Source: Anaerolineae bacterium
Lineage (GTDB): Bacteria; Chloroflexota; Anaerolineae; Epilineales; JAHCIE01
Direction of reading: 5' to 3'
NCBI GenBank assembly: GCA_046328505.1
Contig: JAXLWL010000005.1
Location: forward strand, 300,463-364,462
Length of the DNA: 64,000 bases
Shown piece by piece: positions 37,136 through 46,315 of the stretch (position 1 is its first letter; each line of letters opens with the position of its first letter). The position numbers and the translations under genes are program-made. The notes under the pieces are model-generated. The model ran no database searches. It saw nothing but the letters and a program-made list of their open reading frames with translations, and had not been told where the DNA came from.

Positions 37136-38404
37136 ATGGAGCCGGGACGCGCGGCACAGCGCCTGACAATCTACTTTGGCGAAGCGGACCGCTGGCAGGG
37201 AAAGCCGCTGCACACCGCGCTGCTTGACGCCCTGCGCGAGGCAGGCATGGCCGGCGCCACGCTGACGCGGGGCCTGGCGGGGTTCGGCGCGCACGGCCGC
37301 ATTCACGCGGCTCGCCTCGCCGACATCAGCGCCGACCTGCCGATGGTGGTCGTGGTCATCGACACGCCCGAGCGCATCGCCGTCGTCTTGGAGACAGTGA
37401 CCAGCATGGTCGGCGAAGGACTGATCACCCTCGAAGACGTGACGGTCATCGCGACCAACGCCCAAAGAGAGAGGCTGGCGGCGGGCCGTCGGGTGAGCGA
37501 CGTTATGAGCCACGATGTCGCCAGTGTCCGCCCGGATACGCCGCTCCACGACGTGACACGCCTGCTCGTGGACCGCGACGTCAAGGCCGCGCCGGTCGTG
37601 GACGGTGACAGGCGTGTCGTGGGCATTATCACGGGCGGCGACTTGCTGACGCGGGGTGGGCTGCCCGTGCGCCTCAGTCTTCAGAAGGACCTCCCGTCCG
37701 ACCTGGCGGCGCACCACTTGCGTGTACTCGAAGAGGGCGGCAAGACGGCGGCGGACATCATGACGGCTCAACCTGCCACGATTCAGGCGGCCGCGCCCCT
37801 AAACGACGCAGCGCGGCTGATGGCCCAGCGCCATGTCAAGCGTTTGCCCGTCGTTGACGCGGATGGGCGGCTTGTCGGCATCGTCAGCCGATTGGATGTA
37901 TTGCGCGCGGCAGGAAAGACGGCCAGGGAAGCGGCGCCCATGCTGCCCCCGCCGTCCGGGGTCAATCTGCGGGTGCGCGACATCATGGCAGCCGATGTGC
38001 CGACCGCGCACCCTGATACGCCCCTGGACGAGCTTCTGCCCCGCCTGGTGGACAGCCCGCTGCGCCGCGTGGTCATCGTAGATAGCGCCGGCCACGTCGT
38101 CGGCCTGATCGCCGATGCCATGCTCCTGAACCGGGCGCTGCCGCATGAGAAGCCCCGCGCGTGGAGCACGGTGCGCCACTGGCTGGGACTGGGCGGGAGC
38201 GCCGACCCGCGCCTGGCGACGGTCGCGCGGGAGGTGATGGCCCGCGAAGTGTACGCTGTTCGAGCCGACGCGTCTATCCTCGACGCGATCGAGATGATGG
38301 TGGATCGGCGGGTCAAGCGGCTGGTCGTAGTGGACGAGGATCGTCGCCTCATGGGGATGGTAGACCGCCAGCGCACCCTGCAAGCCCTGGCGGGCGAGGG
38401 ATAA
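37136..38404 (+). CDS. DUF190 (PII-like) domain fused to four CBS domains
   Basis: RLTIYFGEADRWQGKPL, GATLTRGLAGFG, DLPMVVVVID; four repeats ending PVVD/VGII-type motifs. Confidence 0.85.
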   Translation: MEPGRAAQRLTIYFGEADRWQGKPLHTALLDALREAGMAGATLTRGLAGFGAHGRIHAARLADISADLPMVVVVIDTPERIAVVLETVTSMVGEGLITLEDVTVIATNAQRERLAAGRRVSDVMSHDVASVRPDTPLHDVTRLLVDRDVKAAPVVDGDRRVVGIITGGDLLTRGGLPVRLSLQKDLPSDLAAHHLRVLEEGGKTAADIMTAQPATIQAAAPLNDAARLMAQRHVKRLPVVDADGRLVGIVSRLDVLRAAGKTAREAAPMLPPPSGVNLRVRDIMAADVPTAHPDTPLDELLPRLVDSPLRRVVIVDSAGHVVGLIADAMLLNRALPHEKPRAWSTVRHWLGLGGSADPRLATVAREVMAREVYAVRADASILDAIEMMVDRRVKRLVVVDEDRRLMGMVDRQRTLQALAGEG

Positions 38405-38529
38405 CCCCGTCCCAGGTTTATCTGAGCAAGGCACACATTCATATAGCCGCAGTTGGTCCGCGCTGCCGCGCGGGCGCCAGGCTGAAGCGCCTATCCTTTA
38501 CACAGAACGTTTGAGCGAGGCTGGCTATT

Positions 38530-38670
38530 CGGAAGACAGCCCGCGGTGTCGCTGCGAGGAGGACGATAGGACGACGAAGCAGCCTCCCGACAAGTGACAG
38601 ACACGGCTGATGCGGCCTAGACGGTCTTGCACCAGGGCGAGGGATTGCTTCGCTTCGCTCGCAATGACGG
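38530..38670. repeat. CGTC-type REP doublet between convergent genes
   Basis: gtcgctgcgaggaggacgataggacgacgaagcagcctccc ... gggattgcttcgcttcgctcgcaatgacg. Confidence 0.8.
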
Positions 38671-38772
38671 GTTGGCGCTGTGGCCGCGGAGGCCACGCCG
38701 TTTTCCAGCCCCGCTGGCTATCGCGCTGCCGAGATGTATGTAAAAGATAGTGGCTTTAGCCCGGCGCTAGGG

Positions 38773-39624
38773 TCATTTATACGCCACCACCCCGAACGCT
38801 TCGGGGCGGCGGTCAATGCGGCTGAAGCCAGCCTCTTGCAGACGCCGCATTGCGCCCCGCGTCACGTTGCTTCCCATTTTCCCCTCGGGGTCCCCAATGT
38901 AGTGAAACAGGCGGCCGCTGCGCTTCAGGATGCGGTGCAGCTCGCGGTACATGTCGGTAGAGTAGAGGTCGCCGGCCAGGCTCATGATGGGCGGGTCGTG
39001 GATGATGGTCGAGAAGCTGTCGTCGTCGAACATCTCCACGACGTCGAAGCTGTCGCCGATGATTTGCTGAATCTTCGGATTGTCGAAGAGCGCCTGCGAC
39101 CACGGGTTCAGCCGCGCGATCTCCAGCCCCGTCGGGTCGATCTCGATGGTTATCACGGCATCTGTCTCGGCGCGCTTCGCCGCGGCGATAGCCGTATATC
39201 CCAGCCCGGTCGCCGTATCCAGCGTTCGGCCGCGCGGGGCGGCAGCGCGAATCTTCCGCCGCGTGTCCTCGGTCGGGTCCACGTCCTTGATGCGGTGCAT
39301 CGGGATGCCAGAGATCAGCATTGTCGGGGCGCGGCGCGTCGGCATGAGCGTGTAGACGCGCCCCATTGCCTCTGAGAAGCGCTGAATCTTGTACGCCTCG
39401 CTGCCCTCGATGGCGTAGCACGCCACCTCGTTCTCCGCGATCTCTTCCACAACCGCCCACGGTAGGTGTTGGCCGTCGGGCAGGGCGATACCCTGCCCAT
39501 CGAGGGCGACGTCGGTTTCCGTCAGGCCGAGGTCGAGGCTGGCGCGTGCTACGGTCTGGCCGCCGCGCCGGGCTTCTAGAAGAGGCTCAGCCGCGAAGTG
39601 AGAGAGAACGATAAGGGTTGGCAT
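38773..39624 (-). CDS. Class I SAM-dependent methyltransferase
   Basis: LDTATGLGYTAI (motif I), ITIEIDP, IIHDPP, LKRSGRLFHY. Confidence 0.8.
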   Translation of the reverse strand: MPTLIVLSHFAAEPLLEARRGGQTVARASLDLGLTETDVALDGQGIALPDGQHLPWAVVEEIAENEVACYAIEGSEAYKIQRFSEAMGRVYTLMPTRRAPTMLISGIPMHRIKDVDPTEDTRRKIRAAAPRGRTLDTATGLGYTAIAAAKRAETDAVITIEIDPTGLEIARLNPWSQALFDNPKIQQIIGDSFDVVEMFDDDSFSTIIHDPPIMSLAGDLYSTDMYRELHRILKRSGRLFHYIGDPEGKMGSNVTRGAMRRLQEAGFSRIDRRPEAFGVVAYK

Positions 39625-39627
39625 GCG

Positions 39628-41016
39628 TCACTCGGCGTCGCGCCGTTCGCCATGATTGGTGGGAGCATCGGCGCTGGCGCGGCGTCCGCCGAAGAGAAGG
39701 CGGCCCACGCCTAGAAGGAGCAGGACGCCGCCGCCCAGTGCCAAGAAGAATACCTGCCGCTGGTCGGCTGCGCCGGCCACCTTGGCCGAGCGGCTCATCG
39801 CGCCGTCCGCGCTACCGTTGCGAGCCGCCAGCGCCTCCGCCTGCTTGAGGCGATCTAGCGCGCGCAGCGCATCCCCGGCCGCCGCGGCGTCACTCCGCGT
39901 GTCACCGCCTTTGGCCGCCGGGACGGCCGCGCGATCGGCCGGCGCTGGGACGGCCGGCGATCCACCACGCGCGTTGTCGAGGTTGCGTTGGCCCTTCTGC
40001 TGGGCCGTCAACTCTTCCGCCATACCCTGCGCCGCCGTCGCCAGAATCGACTCGGCCTCGACGAGCTGTTCCGTCTGCCCGGTAACGCGGAGAAGGGGTA
40101 GGGCGTCCTCCGCCTCGCGCTTGGCGGCGGCGTAGTTCTTCGCTTCGAGGAAGCTACGCATCGGCGCCATATCGTAAGCGTACAGGGCGTGGACGGCGTA
40201 GCGCGTGTCCACATAGTCTGGCAGGTAGGCGCGCCAGCCGGCCTCGAGCTTGTCGGCGGACGTGTTGTAGGTCTTCTCGAGAGCGACGCGGTAGTCTGTC
40301 GTCTTTGCCATCGCTTTCACGAAAAGGACGAGGCGGTCGAACCCGTAGCGGTCCACCAGGAACGCAACCATCGACAGGCTCTCCGGGTAGGCGATGGTTG
40401 GGTTGCCATAGGCGCCGCCCGGTGCATTAATCTCGTCCCACGTCATCAGCCGGTCAACCGCCAGCGCCCGCCTGATCTGGCGCACGTTTTGCGCCGAGTC
40501 GCTGTCGAGGGGTTTCTCGCTATATTGGGCTATGCCCTCGTGCCAGCCAACCGGCAGATGATCGTCGGACAGGTCGGCGAGGATGAGATGGGTTAGCTCG
40601 TGGCGGACATTGTTGACGATGCTCTCCGACGACATCGACTTCGTACGCTGCACGTCGATGGAGATGTCGTGGCGCCCGCTGCTCGATGTGGCGTGGGCCA
40701 CGACTCCCGGCAGGTGCGCGGCGAGGGGATTAGTGGCAATGTAGCTGGCGTCGTCAGGGTAGAGACGCAGCGTGACAGGCGCCGGCACCGCATAGCCGTA
40801 GATGGCGGTCATCTCGTCGTACACGCCGTCGACGAAGCCCGCGTAGCGCTGCGCCTCGGCCGTGTCGTCGGGGGTAGCGATGACGAAGTGCGCGGTCCGA
40901 ACCTCTTGCCAGTCCGGGCCGTCAGCGCTGGCGGCGGGAGCAAGGGCCAGGAGGAGAAGCAGCAGGAGCAGTATACGGGCGAACCGCACCCGTCCCGCAT
41001 CACAGGGGTTAAGCAT
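39628..41016 (-). CDS. Secreted or membrane-anchored peptidase MA-family metallohydrolase
   Basis: Signal peptide LLLLLLLLALAPAASA; VRHELTH (HExxH) and WHEGIAQY; C-terminal TM helix. Start uncertain. Confidence 0.75.
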   Translation of the reverse strand: MLNPCDAGRVRFARILLLLLLLLALAPAASADGPDWQEVRTAHFVIATPDDTAEAQRYAGFVDGVYDEMTAIYGYAVPAPVTLRLYPDDASYIATNPLAAHLPGVVAHATSSSGRHDISIDVQRTKSMSSESIVNNVRHELTHLILADLSDDHLPVGWHEGIAQYSEKPLDSDSAQNVRQIRRALAVDRLMTWDEINAPGGAYGNPTIAYPESLSMVAFLVDRYGFDRLVLFVKAMAKTTDYRVALEKTYNTSADKLEAGWRAYLPDYVDTRYAVHALYAYDMAPMRSFLEAKNYAAAKREAEDALPLLRVTGQTEQLVEAESILATAAQGMAEELTAQQKGQRNLDNARGGSPAVPAPADRAAVPAAKGGDTRSDAAAAGDALRALDRLKQAEALAARNGSADGAMSRSAKVAGAADQRQVFFLALGGGVLLLLGVGRLLFGGRRASADAPTNHGERRDAE

Positions 41017-41157
41017 GTCGAAAGTGTACTCTCTCCGACGACTATATCCAAGTTTGCACTTTTTATGGAAAGCTGATACACTATTTTCCGCGACTGTCGC
41101 CGCCCCGGGCGCGCTTCGGCGTCGAACATCGAGCACGGCGAAAGGGAGGAGGAAGTT

Positions 41158-42069
41158 ATGTTTGGCACCGTCGAAGAGTTCCTGCAATATCTCGCCGTCG
41201 AAAAGGGCTATACAGACAACACCCTGATGGCCTACCGTAATGATCTATCCCAATTCACGACCTATCTGGAGACCAGCACAACAATCACAAGCTGGGCAGA
41301 AGTCGGTCAGGGAACGCTCATCGAGTACATCCTCCATCTCAAGGGGGATCGCGAGTACACGTCGGCCACGGTCGCGCGCAAGGTCGCGGCGATCAAGGCC
41401 TTTTTCCACTATCTCCGCGCAACCGGAACGGTCACCGAGGACCCGACCAGCGATCTGGATTCGCCCAAGGTGAACAAGCGCCTGCCCCATACTCTCACGC
41501 GCGAGCAGGTCGAGCTGCTGCTGACCGCGCCGGGGGAGAGCGACTCCCACAAGGCCCTGCGGGACCGGGCGCTGTTGGAGCTGCTGTACGCGACGGGTAT
41601 GCGCGTCAGCGAGATCGTCTCGCTCAAGGTCTCGGATGTGGATGTGAGCGCGGGCCTTGTACGCGTCAACAGCCGTGACGGAAAGAGCGCGCGCACCATC
41701 CCGGTCGCGCCGCGCGCCATGGACGCCCTGGTGGAGTACCTCGATCGGGGGCGCGGCGTGTTTGCTAAGGGCACGAATGCCGCTGCGCTCTTCCTCAACC
41801 CACGCGGCACGCAGTTGACCCGCCAGGGGCTGTGGCTCATTATCAAGCGCTATGTGGAGGCGGCGGGGATCGATACCGAAGTGACGCCGCACACGCTGCG
41901 CCACTCTTTCGCGACCCACCTCCTGGACAACGGCGAGGACCTGCGCAACGTGCAAGAGCTGCTGGGCCATTCCAACATCTCGACGACACAAATCTATACC
42001 CAGGTGAGCAGCGACCGTGCACGCCACGCCACTGCGGAATACACCGATAGCGCCGTGAGGCATGGATGA
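41158..42069 (+). CDS. xerD: Site-specific tyrosine recombinase XerD-like
   Basis: NTLMAYRNDL, ATVARK, RDRALLELLYATGMRVSE, TPHTLRHSFATHLL, QELLGHSNISTTQIYT. Confidence 0.85.
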   Translation: MFGTVEEFLQYLAVEKGYTDNTLMAYRNDLSQFTTYLETSTTITSWAEVGQGTLIEYILHLKGDREYTSATVARKVAAIKAFFHYLRATGTVTEDPTSDLDSPKVNKRLPHTLTREQVELLLTAPGESDSHKALRDRALLELLYATGMRVSEIVSLKVSDVDVSAGLVRVNSRDGKSARTIPVAPRAMDALVEYLDRGRGVFAKGTNAAALFLNPRGTQLTRQGLWLIIKRYVEAAGIDTEVTPHTLRHSFATHLLDNGEDLRNVQELLGHSNISTTQIYTQVSSDRARHATAEYTDSAVRHG

Positions 42070-42920
42070 CCACACCCGTCGTCACCGATAACGTTTTGCA
42101 GGATGCCATCAATACACTTCGATCCCACTCTCTTCAGACGCCACGCATCGGTGTAATTACGGGCTCAGGGCTGGGCGGGCTGGCGGACGAGGTAGTCAAC
42201 GCGACAAGTATCCCCTACACGGCTATCCCGGGGATGGCGAACACGACGGTGCATGGGCACGCCGGTGAGCTGGTGTTTGGAGAGCTTGCCGAGCAGCCCA
42301 TCGTCGTGATGCGCGGGCGGCTGCATTTCTACGAGGGCCATTCGACGCAGGAGGTGACCTACCCGATACGCCTGATGCGCGCGCTCGGCGCGCAAGTCTT
42401 GCTCGTGACGAACGCTGCGGGTGCGGTCAACGAGGTGTTCAACATCGGCGACCTGATGGTGATTCGCGACCACATTTTTCTGCCGGGGATGGCGGGTCAC
42501 AACCCACTGCGCGGCCCAAATGATCCCACCGTCGGTCCGCGCTTCCCAAGCATGGTCGGCGCGTATGACCGGGAGCTGCGGCGGCTCGCTCACCGCGTCG
42601 GCAGCGACCAGAAGATTATGCTGGAAGAGGGCATCTACGCCATGGTCGCCGGGCCGTCTTTCGAGACACCCGCCGAAATCCGATTCCTGCGATCGATGGG
42701 CGCCGACGCCGTCGGCATGTCTACCTGCCCCGAGGTGGTCGTCGCGCGCCACGCCGGGCTGCGTGTGTTGGCGATTTCGCTGATCACGAACATCTGCGAG
42801 GACAATTCCGAGGGCATGGCCCGCCTGGGCGAGGCGGAGCACGAGGACGTGTTGGCGGCAGCCAACGCGGCCGTCCCACGCTTCAGCCGCCTGGTCAGGG
42901 CGCTCGTCGCCGCGCTGTGA
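42066..42920 (+). CDS. punA: Purine-nucleoside phosphorylase (trimeric type)
   Basis: GVITGSGLG, GHAGELVFG, GRLHFYEG, TNAAG, GPSFETPAE, DAVGMST.PEV. Confidence 0.92.
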   Translation: MTTPVVTDNVLQDAINTLRSHSLQTPRIGVITGSGLGGLADEVVNATSIPYTAIPGMANTTVHGHAGELVFGELAEQPIVVMRGRLHFYEGHSTQEVTYPIRLMRALGAQVLLVTNAAGAVNEVFNIGDLMVIRDHIFLPGMAGHNPLRGPNDPTVGPRFPSMVGAYDRELRRLAHRVGSDQKIMLEEGIYAMVAGPSFETPAEIRFLRSMGADAVGMSTCPEVVVARHAGLRVLAISLITNICEDNSEGMARLGEAEHEDVLAAANAAVPRFSRLVRALVAAL

Positions 42921-42939
42921 GAGGCGTTGGAGCCTCAAG

Positions 42940-43185
42940 GCTGTCACTCCGAGCGTAGCGAGGCTGTCGCCCTGAGATCACCATGCCGTGTGGCGGCACG
43001 CTCCAGTACAAGAACAAAGAACACAGCCATGCCGTCATTGCGAGCGAAGCGAAGCAATCTCGGGCCCTAGCGAAAGACGCTCTAGGCGCTATAGAGTGAA
43101 TCGCCTTCCCGGGAGATTGCTTCGTCAGTGGGGAGCTTCGCCCCCCACACCCCCGCAAGAAGCCCGCCTCGCAATGACACCGCAA
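42940..43185. repeat. CGTC-type REP cluster/doublet
   Basis: tgtcactccgagcgtagcgagg; cgtcattgcgagcgaagcgaagcaatctc ... gagattgcttcgtc[inner hairpin]cctcgcaatgac. Confidence 0.8.
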
Positions 43186-43311
43186 GTCTCTGTGTTCTGA
43201 GCGGCGCAGCGAAGCATTACAGGAATCGCAAGACAAGGGCGAGGACCGACAATCAAACGTCGGAGGCGGGATTACCCGACCTCCGACGTTTTGCGTTTGC
43301 CGGGATGCGCG

Positions 43312-43581
43312 TTACTGGCCGTGGGTCGTGAACACCCAGAACAAGATGAGCGGCAGCGACAGGGCGGTCGCGCCAAACACGACCCACGCGAGCATTGAGC
43401 CGATGCGGTCGACCGTACTCCACGTCGATTTTTCGAGATGTGAGAGGTCGACGTGGCCAGGGATGCCGCCGCTCAGCGGCTTGTCCGGCTCGATGCCGGC
43501 GACGATCAGAATACCCCAGCCGACGACAATCAGGATGAACAGGAAGTCCGGTATAACGATGGCCAGAAGTTCCGGGGACAT
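43312..43581 (-). CDS. 89-aa two-TM membrane protein of unknown function (copy 1)
   Basis: Starts 3 nt after the transporter stop with a GGAGG-type SD; near-identical paralog at 45981-46250. Confidence 0.8.
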   Translation of the reverse strand: MSPELLAIVIPDFLFILIVVGWGILIVAGIEPDKPLSGGIPGHVDLSHLEKSTWSTVDRIGSMLAWVVFGATALSLPLILFWVFTTHGQ

Positions 43582-43584
43582 CCT

Positions 43585-45612
43585 TTACCCTCCCTTCGCG
43601 TGGCCTGACGCCGCCGGCGCCTCGTCGGGGAGCGGCGCTGTCGCTTGCGGCGGACCAGGGGATACAGCCTCCTGGCCGTCTCCGCCATACTCATCCGTGT
43701 CGAGGGAGTGGAGATGGATGGGCAGGACGGTCGTCACGACGCGGTCAAGGTCCTGAAGCGCCAATTGCTCGATGAAGTGGGCGTTCTGGTGGAGAACCTG
43801 ACTCCAGGGATTTCCCGTCTGGAGCTGCCCCAGGATGACCTGGACGTAGCCGTTCGGCGTCTCTTTCAGCAAGTCCAGCACATACTCGCGGATCGGGCGG
43901 CTGAGGCTGCGGTAGGGCGACGGCACAATCACCAGCTCGCCGACATTGACGCGCTCCGCCCACTTCTGGCGGATGCTCTCGATCTTCTCTTCCTGAATTG
44001 CGACGTGGACGCCTTTCCAGGGAATACCCAGGGAGTTGGCGAACTCGACCAGGCGCAGTGTCTCGCGGTGGACGTCGCTCACCAGGACGATCGCCTGAAT
44101 CGGGCGCGGAACATAGGGAATATGCTTCCCGGCGGTGCTCATGACCCGCCGCACGTCCTGGTAGTGGCGGTGGATGCGGAAGAACACCCAGATGATCGAC
44201 GGAATCAGGATGGCGGTGATCCAGGCGCCCTGGGCGAACTTGGTGACGAGGAACACGATCACGACGATGAACGTCACCACCGCGCCGACGGCGTTGAGCG
44301 CCTGTTTCCAGTGCCAATGCGAGTCGTAGCGGAGAATGCTGCCCAGCGTCGGTACCTCGTCGCCTGGGCGGAGAGTGCCGTTCCGCATCATCTCGCCGAC
44401 TTTGCGCCAACGGACGACCATGCCGCTCTGAGAGAGCGTAAAGCTGAGGAAGACGCCGATGGCGTACAGCGGGATCAGGCGGCTGACGCTGCCCGCGAAC
44501 AGCACAACCAGGACACTGGCCAGCCCGGCCAGCATGATGACACCCCAGCTGAAGACGAGGCGGCTGCCGCGGAAGGTGAACCACTTGGGCAGGAAGCCGT
44601 CGCCGGCGACGAGCGCCGCCAGGCGCGGGAAGTCGGCGAAGCTGGTGTTAGCGGCCATGATGAGAATGATCGTGGCCGAAGCGAGCGTCAGGAGCTGCAT
44701 CCAGCCCTGGCCGTAGACTGTTCGGGCCACCTGCGAGATGAGCACTTCCGCCTCAGATGGGCGGGCGTTGACGAGGTAGCCCAGGATGCCAAGGCCCAGG
44801 AACATGACCATGAGGATGGTCGCGTCCCACAGGAGGGTTGTGGCGGCATTGCGGGAGCGCGGCTCCTTGAAGGCTGTGATGCCGTTGGAGATGGCTTCGA
44901 CGCCGGTGAGGGCGGTGGTGCCGGAGCTGAACGCGCGCAGCAGCAGGAAGAAGAAGGCGAAGCCGGTGAGGGAGAGGGCCGTCGGTGTCTCGACGTTCGA
45001 GGCAAACTTGACGGAACCCAGGGTGCCGCTGAAGGCCTGCCAAAAGCCGACGCCGATCATAATGAGCATCATCGTGATGAAGAAATACGTCGGCCACGCG
45101 AAGACGTTGCCGGACTCCTTGACGCCACGCAGGTTGATGAGCGCCATGAGTAGAATGAGCAGCAGAGAGATCTCGACCTTGTAGTCGAACAGGACGGGGA
45201 AGGCGCTGGCGATCTGGTCGACGGCCGAAGCGATACTGACCGACACCGTGAGGACGTAGTCCGTCAGCAAGGCGGCGCCTGCGACCTGGGCCGGCGTCTC
45301 ACCGAGGTTGTCGCGAGAGACGATGTACGCGCCGCCTCCGCTCGGATAGGCGAAGATCGTCTGACGGTAGGAGAAGGTGAGGATGATGAGGAGGACGCAG
45401 ATAGCGACGGTGATGGGAACGGCGAGCCAGTAGTTAGCCGAGCCGAGAACAGCCAGGACGAGGAGGATTTCGCCGCCGGCGTAGGCGACTGAGGAGAGTG
45501 AGTCCGAGGCGAAGACGGCCAGGCCGACCGTTTTGCTGATGGCCTGGTGCGGAGCCTCGACCGTGGCTATCTCACGGCCAAAGACCCAGCGGCGTAGATC
45601 CGAAACCCCCAT
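43585..45612 (-). CDS. APC-superfamily transporter, KimA/YdaO-like K+/H+ symporter (copy 1)
   Basis: LAVFASDSLSSVAYA, LLTDYVLTV, TGVEAISNG, ANTSFADFPRL, LIPLYAIGVF; C-terminal cytosolic domain. Confidence 0.85.
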   Translation of the reverse strand: MGVSDLRRWVFGREIATVEAPHQAISKTVGLAVFASDSLSSVAYAGGEILLVLAVLGSANYWLAVPITVAICVLLIILTFSYRQTIFAYPSGGGAYIVSRDNLGETPAQVAGAALLTDYVLTVSVSIASAVDQIASAFPVLFDYKVEISLLLILLMALINLRGVKESGNVFAWPTYFFITMMLIMIGVGFWQAFSGTLGSVKFASNVETPTALSLTGFAFFFLLLRAFSSGTTALTGVEAISNGITAFKEPRSRNAATTLLWDATILMVMFLGLGILGYLVNARPSEAEVLISQVARTVYGQGWMQLLTLASATIILIMAANTSFADFPRLAALVAGDGFLPKWFTFRGSRLVFSWGVIMLAGLASVLVVLFAGSVSRLIPLYAIGVFLSFTLSQSGMVVRWRKVGEMMRNGTLRPGDEVPTLGSILRYDSHWHWKQALNAVGAVVTFIVVIVFLVTKFAQGAWITAILIPSIIWVFFRIHRHYQDVRRVMSTAGKHIPYVPRPIQAIVLVSDVHRETLRLVEFANSLGIPWKGVHVAIQEEKIESIRQKWAERVNVGELVIVPSPYRSLSRPIREYVLDLLKETPNGYVQVILGQLQTGNPWSQVLHQNAHFIEQLALQDLDRVVTTVLPIHLHSLDTDEYGGDGQEAVSPGPPQATAPLPDEAPAASGHAKGG

Positions 45613-45913
45613 AAAGAACCTCCACTAGAGCGGCCTGGAGTGGCCTATCCACCGTTCGGGGCCAGGCCGACGAAAGAGATCGCCGCGCAGGCGGCAATCC
45701 CTCTTGCTCCGATAGAGACGAGAGCAAGACCCGAACCACAAGCGTCCTGGCGGTTATACACACAATCCATCTCCTGGCAACCGCCTAGACGCTCGGAAGA
45801 GCCTCGGCACCGCACCAAGTGCGGTACAACGTCCTAAGTATACCGCAAATCGAAGACCGGCGCACAGTTCGACAAGCAATTGGCGCTGCTTGTGCGAAAG
45901 GTTAACAAGACTC

Positions 45914-45947
45914 GGGGTACGGCAGCGTCGAGACGCTGCCGTACCCC
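45914..45947. terminator. Perfect 16-bp stem hairpin after small membrane protein copy 2
   Basis: ggggtacggcagcgtc-ga-gacgctgccgtacccc. Confidence 0.7.
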
Positions 45948-45980
45948 TTCTGTAGTCGCTTGGTTCTGGAGGTCCTGGGA

Positions 45981-46250
45981 TTATGTACCGTGAGTGGTGA
46001 AAATCCAGAACAGGATGAGTGGCAGCGACAGAGCGGTCGCGCCAAACACGATCCACGCGAGCATTGAGCCGATGCGGTCGATCCGGCTCCACGTCGATGA
46101 CTCGAGGTGCGAGAGGTCGACGTGGCCGGGAATACCACCGCTCAGGGGCTTATCCGGCTCGATGCCGGCGACGATCAGAATACCCCACCCGACGACAATC
46201 AGAATGAACAGAAAGTCGGGTATGACGAAAGCAAGAATATCTGCGGACAT
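45981..46250 (-). CDS. 89-aa two-TM membrane protein of unknown function (copy 2)
   Basis: Paralog of 43312-43581, directly downstream of KimA-like copy 2; GGAAGG SD. Confidence 0.8.
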   Translation of the reverse strand: MSADILAFVIPDFLFILIVVGWGILIVAGIEPDKPLSGGIPGHVDLSHLESSTWSRIDRIGSMLAWIVFGATALSLPLILFWIFTTHGT

Positions 46251-46315
46251 GGTAATCTTCCTTCCAACACTGTGTCGTTTGTCACCGTCAGCGCCGCGCG
46301 CGTTCGATATCCGCG

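Noticed and set aside
41158-42069. Tyrosine recombinase as a prophage or island integrase
   Set aside because: XerD-like sequence coupled to punA in housekeeping context; no phage genes, att sites or tRNA nearby.
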